From positions 24,242,001-24,306,000 of the forward strand of contig OZ024757.1 of NCBI GenBank assembly GCA_964016885.1: a stretch of DNA of 64,000 nt, read 5' to 3'. The position numbers and the translations under genes are program-made. This document shows positions 1 to 15,681 of this stretch, piece after piece (positions within the stretch are counted from its first letter, which is position 1; each line of letters begins with the position of its first letter). Source of the stretch: Eledone cirrhosa (lineage: Eukaryota). The notes beneath the pieces were generated by a model. It had not been told where the DNA came from. It ran no database searches and saw only the letters and a program-made list of their open reading frames with translations.

Positions 1-23
1 ATATATATATGTATATATATATG

Positions 24-54
<31 letters not shown>

Positions 55-133
55 GTATATATATATGTATATATATATATATGTATATATACATATATGT
101 ATATATATATGTATATATATATGTATATATACA

Positions 134-164
<31 letters not shown>

Positions 165-217
165 GTATATATATATGTATATATATATATATGTATATAT
201 ATATGTATATATATATG

Positions 218-264
<47 letters not shown>

Positions 265-401
265 GTATATATATATATATGTATATATATATATGTATAT
301 ATATATGTATATATATATATGTATATATATATATATGTATATATATATATGTATATATATATGTATATATATATGTATATATATATGTATCTATATATAT
401 G

Positions 402-446
<45 letters not shown>

Positions 447-523
447 GTATATATATATGTATATATATATGTATGTATATATATATGTATCTATATATAT
501 GTATATATATATATGTATATATA

Positions 524-578
<55 letters not shown>

Positions 579-709
579 GCAAAGTTTTATTTAAATTGTT
601 GGGTTTACAACGAGTAAATATTTATAACTGGATATAAAAGCACTCAACAAGTATTTGGAGTATATTTACGATATTAAATAAATGGAAACTATATTTATAA
701 AACCATATT

Positions 710-775
710 TATTTCATTATATATATTTCAGGGATATCACATTAAAAATATGGTATGCCTTCCTCAGACAAAATA
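710..775 (-). ncRNA. Type I hammerhead ribozyme motif (left arm of palindrome 667-1031)
   Basis: TATTTTGT-CTGAGGA-AGG..CCT-GAAA-T(ATAT)A-TA|ATGAAATA; stems I and II pair with G-U wobbles. Confidence 0.75.
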
Positions 776-922
776 CAATATAAACAGTCTTATAAATAGA
801 TAGATTTGACATACCTTTCAACTTCATCTTCCATTTAAAAAAAAATCAAATCAACTTTTTAAATGCAAGATGAAGTTGAAAGGTATGTCAAATCTATCTA
901 TTTATAAGGACTGTTTATATTG

Positions 923-988
923 TATTTTGTCTGAGGAAGGCATACCATATTTTTAATGTGATATCCCTGAAATATATATAATGAAATA
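923..988 (+). ncRNA. Type I hammerhead ribozyme motif (right arm); duplicate at 10795-10860
   Basis: CTGAGGA 931-937, GAAA 969-972, predicted cleavage after A980. Confidence 0.75.
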
Positions 989-1054
989 AATATGGTTTTA
1001 TAAATATAGTTTCCATTTATTTAATATCGTATGTATATATATATATATATATGT

Positions 1055-1272
1055 GAAGGCGTGTGGCTGAGTGGTTAGAGTATTGGATTCACAATCGTGA
1101 GGTTGTGAGTTCGATTCCTGAACCAGGAGATGCGTTTATGTCCCTTGAGCAAGACACTTTATTTCACGTTGCTCCTTCTACCTGGAGTTGCGACCGATAG
1201 ATAGTATTAGCAATTGGAAAGACCAACGGAAACATAGTTTCCTCGGTCCGATTTGACGAAAGTCGATCGACT
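1055..1272 (+). mobile_element. tRNA-derived CORE-type SINE; same subfamily at 11099-11314 (+) and 44725-44942 (-); related elements at about 6340-6600 (-), 29300-29680 (+), 33165-33430 (-) and 45785-46050 (+)
   Basis: A box TGGCTGAGTGG, B box GAGTTCGATTCC, core CTTGAGCAAGACACTT. Confidence 0.8.
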
Positions 1273-1282
1273 AGAATAAAAA

Positions 1283-1386
<104 letters not shown>

Positions 1387-1393
1387 ATATATG

Positions 1394-1442
<49 letters not shown>

Positions 1443-1475
1443 ATATATGTATATATATATATATATGTATATATG

Positions 1476-1534
<59 letters not shown>

Positions 1535-1581
1535 GTATGTATATATATATATATGTATATATGTATATATATATATGTATG

Positions 1582-1799
<218 letters not shown>

Positions 1800-2058
1800 G
1801 TATATATATATATGTATATATATGTAGATAAATCTACCAAGAGTTTACGGTAGTGTCCAATCCGTATGAAGAACTCAATGTATGAAGAACTCAATGTATA
1901 ATTTTGTATAATTTTGTACATAGATCTGTTGAATATGCATGCCAATTCTAACACATATTATATCCTAGAAACGATCGTTAAATAATGAACTTTTTTTTGT
2001 TTAATATAAGGAACTGTTTCATTGTTTTATTCATTATTTTTTAAATATTTTATATATG

Positions 2059-2222
<164 letters not shown>

Positions 2223-2246
2223 TATATATATATATATATATGTATA

Positions 2247-2323
<77 letters not shown>

Positions 2324-2324
2324 G

Positions 2325-2501
<177 letters not shown>

Positions 2502-2560
2502 GTATATATATGTATATATATATATATGTATATATATGTATATATATATATATATGTATA

Positions 2561-2963
<403 letters not shown>

Positions 2964-3014
2964 AAATATTAAACAAATAATGAATAAACAATTCCTTATA
3001 TTAAACAAAAAAAG

Positions 3015-3160
3015 TTCATTATTTAACGATCGTTTCTAGGATATATATGTGTGTTAGAATTGGTATGCATATTCAACAGATCTATGTACAAAATTATACA
3101 AATTATCAAGATTAAATATACATACCAACACATATATACGCCGTCTTCAGAAATAATGAA
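3015..3160 (-). ncRNA. Type I hammerhead ribozyme motif with long stem II
   Basis: Perfect 10-bp stem I TTCATTATTT/AAATAATGAA, CTGAAGA, about 105-nt stem II region, GAAA-C(GATC)G-TT. Confidence 0.7.
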
Positions 3161-3248
3161 GTATATTTATTGATAATAACAACAATTCAAAATTTCAGGT
3201 CCGTTTGGGAACAAAAATTGACCAATAAAAAACACAAAGGGTTATATG

Positions 3249-3282
<34 letters not shown>

Positions 3283-3294
3283 TGTATATATATG

Positions 3295-3355
<61 letters not shown>

Positions 3356-3368
3356 GTATATATATATG

Positions 3369-3479
<111 letters not shown>

Positions 3480-3482
3480 GTG

Positions 3483-3513
<31 letters not shown>

Positions 3514-3516
3514 GTG

Positions 3517-3561
<45 letters not shown>

Positions 3562-3564
3562 GTG

Positions 3565-3595
<31 letters not shown>

Positions 3596-3598
3596 GTG

Positions 3599-3645
<47 letters not shown>

Positions 3646-3649
3646 GTGG

Positions 3650-3694
<45 letters not shown>

Positions 3695-3753
3695 GTATAT
3701 ATATATATATGTATATATATATATGTATATATATATATGTATATATATATATG

Positions 3754-3860
<107 letters not shown>

Positions 3861-3863
3861 GTG

Positions 3864-3894
<31 letters not shown>

Positions 3895-3897
3895 GTG

Positions 3898-3931
<34 letters not shown>

Positions 3932-3935
3932 TGTG

Positions 3936-3968
<33 letters not shown>

Positions 3969-3971
3969 GTG

Positions 3972-4004
<33 letters not shown>

Positions 4005-4008
4005 GTGT

Positions 4009-4044
<36 letters not shown>

Positions 4045-4048
4045 TGTG

Positions 4049-4084
<36 letters not shown>

Positions 4085-4088
4085 TGTG

Positions 4089-4121
<33 letters not shown>

Positions 4122-4124
4122 GTG

Positions 4125-4157
<33 letters not shown>

Positions 4158-4211
4158 GTGTATATATATATATATATGTATATATATATGTGTATATATA
4201 TATATTATATG

Positions 4212-4242
<31 letters not shown>

Positions 4243-4339
4243 GTGTATATATATATATATGTGTATATATATATATATGTATATATATGTGTGTATATAT
4301 ATATATGTGTATATATATATATATGTATATATATGTGTG

Positions 4340-4389
<50 letters not shown>

Positions 4390-4455
4390 TGTGTATATAT
4401 ATATATGTGTATATATATATATGTGTGTGTATATATATATATGTGTATATATATG

Positions 4456-4490
<35 letters not shown>

Positions 4491-4515
4491 ATATATATGT
4501 ATATATATATATGTG

Positions 4516-4558
<43 letters not shown>

Positions 4559-4607
4559 ATATATATGTGTATGTATATATATATATATATGTGTGTATAT
4601 ATATGTG

Positions 4608-4682
<75 letters not shown>

Positions 4683-4715
4683 ATATATATATATATATAT
4701 GTGTGTATATATATG

Positions 4716-4820
<105 letters not shown>

Positions 4821-5052
4821 GTGTGTGTATATATATATGTATATATAATTCACCGAAATATATATAGCAGTAATAAACGAAGCCAAATTTTAAACATTTG
4901 ACTTATTTATTTTATTTTATTTTACATTACTCCGGAGTAACCAAACCAACCTGCGCACTTCGTCGAGTGCTCCAATCTGCAATCTGAGGTGTTGGTATAC
5001 AACCAACATATACTCAAAATTTATATATATATATACTTATAATTGGGATGGT

Positions 5053-5112
<60 letters not shown>

Positions 5113-5116
<4 letters not shown>

Positions 5117-5405
5117 AATGAGTTTAGACTTTATTGTTCATAACAGATATGAAGCACTGTACAGTTAAATTTTATCTGAAGTATTATATTAACAATAGTA
5201 ATAAATGGAAAATATCAATATAGCATCATATTTATTTTATTATAAATATTTCAAGGAAACTTAATTCTAGTATGCTTTCATCAGATAAAACATAATATTT
5301 GATGTTTAAGATTGTGACATATCCAAAATATAATTTAGTATCCTTGAAATATGTATAATAAAATAAATCTGATGCTATAGTGATATTTTCCATTTATTTA
5401 CTATT

Positions 5406-5410
<5 letters not shown>
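5113..5410 (-). mobile_element. Fold-back hammerhead element in (TA)n
   Basis: Tail, hammerhead arm and partial inverted arm (5339-5410); related to 579-1031. Confidence 0.65.
5233..5292 (-). ncRNA. Type I hammerhead ribozyme motif; duplicate at 13084-13143
   Basis: GTTTTAT-CTGATGA-AAG..CTT-GAAA-T(ATTT)A-TA|ATAAAAT. Confidence 0.7.
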
Positions 5411-5447
<37 letters not shown>

Positions 5448-5626
5448 GTGTTTGCGTTTAGGAAGCTGAGACACTGCTGGGATGGCAGCTTTCTACTGCT
5501 GATCACTTTCTACATTCCTTAATGTTTTGCTCAAAGTATTACTCTGTTATCTATCTATATGTGTATGTATGCATGCGTGTGTGCATGCATGCGTGTTTGT
5601 GTGTGATATTATATTTCGACGTTTAC

Positions 5627-5847
5627 CTGGTCTCTTCACCTTCCAGTAGTTTACGGTAAGCTGCAATTTCCAGTTCCATCGACAGTTTGGCATCCATCAG
5701 ATCTTGCAATTCCTTCATCATGGATTCCAGCTCAATTTGAAGCCTTTCCACGTCATTTCTATGGCTGTCCTTTTCAGCTTCCAATTCTTGATTAGTTGAA
5801 TCCAACTCGATCGTCAGAGACCTCACTTGGCTTGTCATGTGAGCAAT
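5627..5847 (-). CDS. Duplicate copy of IF exon 6
   Basis: No difference seen from 13480-13700. Confidence 0.55.
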
Positions 5848-6758
5848 CTATAAAGTATAAATAGGAATATTAAGGGAACTATTTTACCTGTCGTTTTTTA
5901 GGATGTGCGGCATGATAACTGTTTCTACTTTAGGCACGAGGCCAACAATTTTAAGGGAAGGAGGAAGTCGATCCAGTACATTACTGGTGTTTCATTTTAT
6001 CGACCCTGTAAGGATGAAAAGCAAAGCTTACCCCGGCAGGATTTGAACTGAGAATGTAAAGGGTCGTAACTATCTAACGAAGCATATTTTCCGACGCTCT
6101 ATCGCTACTGCTAGCTAATCCACCGCTCTTGTATGACATCATAATGCCATGTGTCCGATTCTTGGAGCGGGTTGTGTGAAGACACGTGTCCCAGTGGTTA
6201 AAGGTGTGGGACGTGCGATTCCTGGACTTAGTTGTGTGTTGTGTTTTTGAGCAAAACACTTCATTCGCCGTTGCTCTCTACTGGGACAACGTGGAATGGC
6301 CATGAGATTTGCACCTAGAAAGTTCCCCTCCGGGGCAAGTTTTTGTGGAAGACCAGCAGTCACCCATACATACCAGTCTCCCCTCTCAACGCCACTAATA
6401 TTGTCCAAAGGAAAGGTAATGGGCGATACAGTTTGGCACCAGTGACGTCACATCTCATTTCTACAGCTGAGTGAACTGGGGCAACGTGAAATAAAGTGTC
6501 TTGCTCAAGGAAACAACATATCACCCGGTCTGAGAATCGAACTCACAACCTCACGACTGTAAGCCCGACGCTCTAAAGACTAAGCTATGCTCCAGTATAC
6601 GCAGCTGAAAATGAGTACCTGCAGTAGTAGCAGGGAGTTTACTTTGCAATGTAATGGCGTCTTGTCCAGGTGTCTTGCACTCTCAGTTAACATGCATGAG
6701 ACATTAAACTTCAACATGCTGGGAGCAGTACATATCCTGCACACAGGATGCTGGTGCA

Positions 6759-6797
<39 letters not shown>

Positions 6798-7648
6798 AAC
6801 ACACACAGCACACACGCACACGAAAGGAACCGCACACACACACATACACACCCATATACTCACACATGCATATACACACATGCACACACATACACGCATA
6901 CGCACAGTTGCATACACATACGAATACGCGCGCACACTCACTCACACACAATCATACACACACATATGCACACACGCCCTCACACACACACACACTTTCA
7001 ACGCATGCCTACACATATACATATGCATTCTACTACAGCCGTAACAATCGACTATGAGTTGGTAGTATGTAGCATGAATTCGGTTAGACTTTTAGGTGGA
7101 CATGCTGTCGCGAGGAAACAGAGATACCCACTCGAACGTCATTCGCTTGATCCAGTCGAACATTTAAGTTGTAACAGCTGGAAGGAGAGAGAGACCAGCA
7201 CTGGGCTGGTACTTTCTTTATCGAACTCTAGAGGTCGAAAGACAAGTGGGCCTTGGCGGGATTTGAACTTGGAATACAGAGACTCGGAACAAATATCCAA
7301 CGCTCTAATGTCTTAAACACAAAACAAAGTAACAAGAAATTGGTAGACGCAGACAGAGAGTAGAGCTTTGTATATGTTGGATGTTTTTCAAGGTCACAAC
7401 CTCTTACCCGGTTTGGGGAATCGAACACCCGGTTAGGTTTATATTTGATATTTTTCAAGGACGTAACCTGCCGCCCGGTCTGGGAACCGAACTCGCAGTT
7501 TTGATATGTTTCTTAAGGACGCACCATGTTCTCACCCCCACCCACCACCGGTCTGGGAACGAACTGAGAGTTATGTTATATTTGATATTTTTTCAGGGAC
7601 ACATGGTACCGCCTTAAACGCACACGTTAAACTTCATCTTCAACTTAC

Positions 7649-7774
7649 CTGCCCTTCGAGATCACGTATTCTATCTTCCAAATCACTCTTTTGCATGCGC
7701 AGTTTCTTGTTTTCTTCACTCATTTGGTGCAGTTCAAGATTTCCTTTGGAAGTACCGACACGGATTTCATTGAT
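7649..7774 (-). CDS. Duplicate copy of IF exon 5
   Basis: No difference seen from 15502-15627. Confidence 0.55.
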
Positions 7775-7796
7775 CTAGGAGTGGACAGAGAGAGAC

Positions 7797-7828
<32 letters not shown>

Positions 7829-8093
7829 AAATATTAAAAAAATAATGAATAAAACAATGAAACAGTTCCTTATATTAAACAAAAAAAGTTCATTATTTAA
7901 CGATCGTTTCTAGGACATATATGTGTTAGAATTGGTATGCATATTCAACAGATCTATGTACAAAATTATACAAAATTATACAAATTATCAAATATAATAT
8001 ACATACCAACACTATATATATATATATATTTACATATATTGCTATATTTGGGGAGGGTCATATTGTTATAATATTGCCAGAAATAATAATACA

Positions 8094-8161
<68 letters not shown>

Positions 8162-9118
8162 TTATATGTATATATTTATTTATATACGATATATATATTT
8201 ATTTATATATATATTTATTTTATATATATTTATTTATTTATATATTTATTTATTTATATATTTATTCATTTATATATATATTTATTTATATATTTATTTA
8301 TATATTTATTTATATATATATATTTATATATTTATATATATATTTATTTATATATATATATATATTTATTTATATATATATATTTATATACGATATATAT
8401 ATTTATTTATATATATTTATTTATATATATATTTATTTTATATATATTTATTTATTTATATATTTATTTATATATTTATTTATTTATATATATATATTTA
8501 TATATATATTTATTTATATATATATTTATTTATATATATATATTTATTTATATATATATTTATTTATTTATATATTTATTTATATATATATATATTTATA
8601 TATATATATATATTTATATACGATATATATATTTATTTATATATATTTATTTATATATATATATTTATTTTATATATATTTATTTATTTATATATTTATT
8701 TATTTATATATTTATTTATTTATATATTTATTTATTTATATATATATATTTATATATATATTTATTTATATATATATTTATTTTATATATATTTATTTAT
8801 TTATATATATTTATTTATTTATATATTTATTTATATATATATATATTTATTTATATATATATATTTATTTATTTATATATTTATTTATATATTTATTTAT
8901 ATATATATATATTTATATATATATTTATTTATTTATATATATATATTTATTTATTTATATATATAGAATTAGGATTTAGCGTCATGCATATGTATTGTAA
9001 TTTCGTATTTCTAAAGAAATATGGTTATGTTTATAGATAAACACTTAGAAAGCTGTATCTCTGCAAAACACCGAGGCTATCGCCCTCTGGTGGTGTCAGC
9101 AGAAGCAAGGGGGAGAAA

Positions 9119-9158
9119 CGTCGATGCATTTCGAATTTAACTGGTTCTCATCGGGACG
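9119..9158 (-). ncRNA. Minimal hammerhead-like motif with one core change; duplicate at 16972-17011
   Basis: CGTC-CCGATGA-GAA..TTC-GAAA-TGCA-TC|GACG; U4 replaced by C. Confidence 0.5.
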
Positions 9159-9476
9159 ATCACTCCCACTCTTGCGACTGCATGAGGGAGAGAGAAAGAA
9201 AGAGAGAGACAGAGAGAGAGCTGCTTTAAAATATCCATAAAAACAATAGAAAATAGCTGTTAATTCAATAGCATGTGCTCTTGTTGTGTCTTTGCTGTTT
9301 TTGTCGTTTGTGTTACTGTCGTTGTTGTTGTTTTTTAGCCTTAAGTCATCTTTGATTAAGAAGAGATATCCTGTTGTTTATCTCTAGGCCAGGCCCGACT
9401 AAAAAGAGATAAGTCGTATTTGTTGTTGCCAATGTTGTTGTTGTCGTTTGCGGATTCTGCCAAAATCTTCACTTAC

Positions 9477-9641
9477 CTGGGTCTCGTATCTAGATTCTAG
9501 GCTAGAAGACAAAGCTTCCAATTGGCTATCATATTCATCACGGATTTCTTTGAGACAAGAGCCAAGTTCAGATGTCCAGTATTCACGCATATCAGGGAAG
9601 GAACTGTCCTTTGCCAGTAACGCCTTGTATTCTTTGATTTC
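9477..9641 (-). CDS. Duplicate copy of IF exon 4
   Basis: No difference seen from 17330-17494. Confidence 0.55.
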
Positions 9642-10406
9642 CTGTAATATATAAGATATAAAATGTAGCTTAAAATATATAGAATCAGAATGGAATTCCG
9701 TCGATTTAGACGATGAGTATTCCAGTTGTTCGGTCAACGGAACAGCCGGCTCATGAAATTAATGTGCAAGGGACTGAGCAATCCACAAATCCATTTATTG
9801 TTAAGGTAAACCTCGGAGTGATTTAGTGTTATACAATATGTGACAAGACTGGCCCTCTCAATTACTGGTGCAATCTATATTGTATTAACGTGTAATTGAC
9901 TGAGCATTTCACAGACACGTGTAACATTAATGTAATTCTCAAGAAGATTCAGCGTAACACAGTGTGAGACAAGACTGGTCTTTTGAATTACAGGTGTAGT
10001 AATTGCTTTATAGTGTAAGGTTAGCTTTGCCTTACATCTTTATGAGGCCGATAAAATAAAATACCAGTAACATACTGGGGTTGATTTAACTGACTTTCCT
10101 CTCCTCCAAAATGATTGACCTTGTACCTAAATCAGAACCTATTATAATATAAATGGCTAAGCATTCCATAGACATGTATAACCGTAACGTAATTCTCAGG
10201 GAGAGTCAGCAATACATGGTGTGTGACACGGGTGGTGCTATGGATTTCAGGTACTGTCCATCTAACGGGCTTCTCAACAGTTTCTGTCTACAATGGATGG
10301 GTTAAGATGATCAGAATGCCACACATGGTGATCAACATGGCGGACACAACCTGGGGTGGGGTGTTTTAAATAGGGTTGAATAAAAAACAACTACACTGCT
10401 ACTTAC

Positions 10407-10502
10407 CGTTTCATAGACATCCCTCAAGAAGTTGAGTTCATCTTCCAAAGCCTGGGCCCGCGTGGTTTCTGTGAGACGGTTAGCAGTCTCTTCTTGCAGG
10501 TC
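10407..10502 (-). CDS. Duplicate copy of IF exon 3 (probable assembly duplication)
   Basis: No difference seen from 18260-18355; offset 7853; next to the N gap. Confidence 0.55.
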
Positions 10503-10536
10503 CTACAATGAGAGATAATAAGATATTAGACACCAT

Positions 10537-10736
10537 NNNNNNNNNNNNNNNNNNNNNNNNNNNNNNNNNNNNNNNNNNNNNNNNNNNNNNNNNNNNNNNN
10601 NNNNNNNNNNNNNNNNNNNNNNNNNNNNNNNNNNNNNNNNNNNNNNNNNNNNNNNNNNNNNNNNNNNNNNNNNNNNNNNNNNNNNNNNNNNNNNNNNNNN
10701 NNNNNNNNNNNNNNNNNNNNNNNNNNNNNNNNNNNN
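10537..10736. other. Assembly gap (200 N)
   Basis: Run of N. Confidence 0.99.
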
Positions 10737-10905
10737 TGCAAGATGAAGTTGAAAGGTATGTCAAATCTATCTATTTATAAGACTGTTTATATTGTATTTT
10801 GTCTGAGGAAGGCATACCATATTTTTAATGTGATATCCCTGAAATATATATAATGAAATAAATATGGTTTTATAAATATAGTTTCCATTTATTTAATATC
10901 GTATG

Positions 10906-10989
<84 letters not shown>

Positions 10990-10995
10990 TGTATG

Positions 10996-11050
<55 letters not shown>

Positions 11051-11051
11051 G

Positions 11052-11084
<33 letters not shown>

Positions 11085-11324
11085 GTATATATATATGTGA
11101 AGGCGTGTGGCTGAGTGGTTAGATTATTGGATTCACAATCGTGAGGTTGTGAGTTCGATTCCTGAACCAGGAGATGCGTTATGTCCTTGAGCAAGACACT
11201 TTATTTCACGTTGCTCCTTCTACCTGGAGTTGCGACCGATAGATAGTATTAGCAATTGGAAAGACCAACGGAAACATAGTTTCCTCGGTCCGATTTGACG
11301 AAAGTCGATCGACTAGAATAAAAA

Positions 11325-11490
<166 letters not shown>

Positions 11491-11525
11491 ATATATATAT
11501 ATATGTATATATATATGTATATATG

Positions 11526-11578
<53 letters not shown>

Positions 11579-11601
11579 GTATATATATATATGTATATAT
11601 G

Positions 11602-11698
<97 letters not shown>

Positions 11699-11701
11699 GT
11701 A

Positions 11702-11762
<61 letters not shown>

Positions 11763-11767
11763 GTATG

Positions 11768-11859
<92 letters not shown>

Positions 11860-12107
11860 TGTATATATATGTAGATAAATCTACCAAGAGTTTACGGTAG
11901 TGTCCAATCCGTATGAAGAACTCAATGTATAATTTTGTATAATTTTGTACATAGATCTGTTGAATATGCATGCCAATTCTAACACATATATATCCTAGAA
12001 ACGATCGTTAAATAATGAACTTTTTTTGTTTAATATAAGGAACTGTTTCATTGTTTTATTCATTATTTTTTTAATATTTTATATATGTATATATATATAT
12101 GTATATA

Positions 12108-12172
<65 letters not shown>

Positions 12173-12175
12173 GTG

Positions 12176-12206
<31 letters not shown>

Positions 12207-12209
12207 GTG

Positions 12210-12240
<31 letters not shown>

Positions 12241-12243
12241 GTG

Positions 12244-12274
<31 letters not shown>

Positions 12275-12277
12275 GTG

Positions 12278-12308
<31 letters not shown>

Positions 12309-12335
12309 GTGTATATATATATATATATATATGTG

Positions 12336-12368
<33 letters not shown>

Positions 12369-12371
12369 GTG

Positions 12372-12404
<33 letters not shown>

Positions 12405-12407
12405 GTG

Positions 12408-12438
<31 letters not shown>

Positions 12439-12443
12439 GTGTG

Positions 12444-12474
<31 letters not shown>

Positions 12475-12479
12475 GTGTG

Positions 12480-12536
<57 letters not shown>

Positions 12537-12597
12537 GTGTATATATATATATGTGTGTATATATATATATGTGTATATATATATATATATGTGTGTG

Positions 12598-12676
<79 letters not shown>

Positions 12677-12911
12677 GTGTGTGTGTATATATATATGTAT
12701 ATATAATTCACCGAAATATATATAGCAGTAATAAACGAAGCCAAATTTTAAACATTTGACTTATTTATTTTATTTTATTTTACATTACTCCGGAGTAACC
12801 AAACCAACCTGCGCACTTCGTCGAGTGCTCCAATCTGCAATCTGAGGTGTTGGTATACAACCAACATATACTCAAAATTTATATATATATATACTTATAA
12901 TTGGGATGGTC

Positions 12912-12966
<55 letters not shown>

Positions 12967-13256
12967 CAATGAGTTTAGACTTTATTGTTCATAACAGATA
13001 TGAAGCACTGTACAGTTAAATTTTATCTGAAGTATTATATTAACAATAGTAATAAATGGAAAATATCAATATAGCATCATATTTATTTTATTATAAATAT
13101 TTCAAGGAAACTTAATTCTAGTATGCTTTCATCAGATAAAACATAATATTTGATGTTTAAGATTGTGACATATCCAAAATATAATTTAGTATCCTTGAAA
13201 TATGTATAATAAAATAAATCTGATGCTATAGTGATATTTTCCATTTATTTACTATT

Positions 13257-13300
<44 letters not shown>

Positions 13301-13479
13301 GTGTTTGCGTTTAGGAAGCTGAGACACTGCTGGGATGGCAGCTTTCTACTGCTGATCACTTTCTACATTCCTTAATGTTTTGCTCAAAGTATTACTCTGT
13401 TATCTATCTATATGTGTATGTATGCATGCGTGTGTGCATGCATGCGTGTTTGTGTGTGATATTATATTTCGACGTTTAC

Positions 13480-13700
13480 CTGGTCTCTTCACCTTCCAGT
13501 AGTTTACGGTAAGCTGCAATTTCCAGTTCCATCGACAGTTTGGCATCCATCAGATCTTGCAATTCCTTCATCATGGATTCCAGCTCAATTTGAAGCCTTT
13601 CCACGTCATTTCTATGGCTGTCCTTTTCAGCTTCCAATTCTTGATTAGTTGAATCCAACTCGATCGTCAGAGACCTCACTTGGCTTGTCATGTGAGCAAT
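13480..13700 (-). CDS. IF protein exon 6 (end of coil 2b)
   Basis: ttatag acceptor, AG|GTAAAC donor; 221 nt; IF rod-end signature LMDAKLSMELEIAAYRKLLEGEE. Confidence 0.95.
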
Positions 13701-14611
13701 CTATAAAGTATAAATAGGAATATTAAGGGAACTATTTTACCTGTCGTTTTTTAGGATGTGCGGCATGATAACTGTTTCTACTTTAGGCACGAGGCCAACA
13801 ATTTTAAGGGAAGGAGGAAGTCGATCCAGTACATTACTGGTGTTTCATTTTATCGACCCTGTAAGGATGAAAAGCAAAGCTTACCCCGGCAGGATTTGAA
13901 CTGAGAATGTAAAGGGTCGTAACTATCTAACGAAGCATATTTTCCGACGCTCTATCGCTACTGCTAGCTAATCCACCGCTCTTGTATGACATCATAATGC
14001 CATGTGTCCGATTCTTGGAGCGGGTTGTGTGAAGACACGTGTCCCAGTGGTTAAAGGTGTGGGACGTGCGATTCCTGGACTTAGTTGTGTGTTGTGTTTT
14101 TGAGCAAAACACTTCATTCGCCGTTGCTCTCTACTGGGACAACGTGGAATGGCCATGAGATTTGCACCTAGAAAGTTCCCCTCCGGGGCAAGTTTTTGTG
14201 GAAGACCAGCAGTCACCCATACATACCAGTCTCCCCTCTCAACGCCACTAATATTGTCCAAAGGAAAGGTAATGGGCGATACAGTTTGGCACCAGTGACG
14301 TCACATCTCATTTCTACAGCTGAGTGAACTGGGGCAACGTGAAATAAAGTGTCTTGCTCAAGGAAACAACATATCACCCGGTCTGAGAATCGAACTCACA
14401 ACCTCACGACTGTAAGCCCGACGCTCTAAAGACTAAGCTATGCTCCAGTATACGCAGCTGAAAATGAGTACCTGCAGTAGTAGCAGGGAGTTTACTTTGC
14501 AATGTAATGGCGTCTTGTCCAGGTGTCTTGCACTCTCAGTTAACATGCATGAGACATTAAACTTCAACATGCTGGGAGCAGTACATATCCTGCACACAGG
14601 ATGCTGGTGCA

Positions 14612-14650
<39 letters not shown>

Positions 14651-15501
14651 AACACACACAGCACACACGCACACGAAAGGAACCGCACACACACACATAC
14701 ACACCCATATACTCACACATGCATATACACACATGCACACACATACACGCATACGCACAGTTGCATACACATACGAATACGCGCGCACACTCACTCACAC
14801 ACAATCATACACACACATATGCACACACGCCCTCACACACACACACACTTTCAACGCATGCCTACACATATACATATGCATTCTACTACAGCCGTAACAA
14901 TCGACTATGAGTTGGTAGTATGTAGCATGAATTCGGTTAGACTTTTAGGTGGACATGCTGTCGCGAGGAAACAGAGATACCCACTCGAACGTCATTCGCT
15001 TGATCCAGTCGAACATTTAAGTTGTAACAGCTGGAAGGAGAGAGAGACCAGCACTGGGCTGGTACTTTCTTTATCGAACTCTAGAGGTCGAAAGACAAGT
15101 GGGCCTTGGCGGGATTTGAACTTGGAATACAGAGACTCGGAACAAATATCCAACGCTCTAATGTCTTAAACACAAAACAAAGTAACAAGAAATTGGTAGA
15201 CGCAGACAGAGAGTAGAGCTTTGTATATGTTGGATGTTTTTCAAGGTCACAACCTCTTACCCGGTTTGGGGAATCGAACACCCGGTTAGGTTTATATTTG
15301 ATATTTTTCAAGGACGTAACCTGCCGCCCGGTCTGGGAACCGAACTCGCAGTTTTGATATGTTTCTTAAGGACGCACCATGTTCTCACCCCCACCCACCA
15401 CCGGTCTGGGAACGAACTGAGAGTTATGTTATATTTGATATTTTTTCAGGGACACATGGTACCGCCTTAAACGCACACGTTAAACTTCATCTTCAACTTA
15501 C

Positions 15502-15627
15502 CTGCCCTTCGAGATCACGTATTCTATCTTCCAAATCACTCTTTTGCATGCGCAGTTTCTTGTTTTCTTCACTCATTTGGTGCAGTTCAAGATTTCCTTT
15601 GGAAGTACCGACACGGATTTCATTGAT
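15502..15627 (-). CDS. IF protein exon 5
   Basis: cctag acceptor, GTAAGT donor; 126 nt; INEIRVGTSKGNLELHQMSEENKKLRMQKSDLEDRIRDLEGQ. Confidence 0.92.
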
Positions 15628-15649
15628 CTAGGAGTGGACAGAGAGAGAC

Positions 15650-15681
<32 letters not shown>

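Larger units (their letters stand above)
579..1031 (-). mobile_element. Fold-back hammerhead element (Penelope-like pLTR remnant or retrozyme-like) in (TA)n
   Basis: About 174-bp inverted arms (667-840 / 857-1031), unpaired tail 579-666, flanked by TA repeats. Confidence 0.7.

Noticed and set aside
1055-1130. tRNA gene
   Set aside because: The tRNA-like head runs into a SINE core and is multicopy; no proper acceptor stem
5627-10502. Second, paralogous IF gene
   Set aside because: Lacks exons 1-2, introns are essentially identical and it abuts an assembly gap
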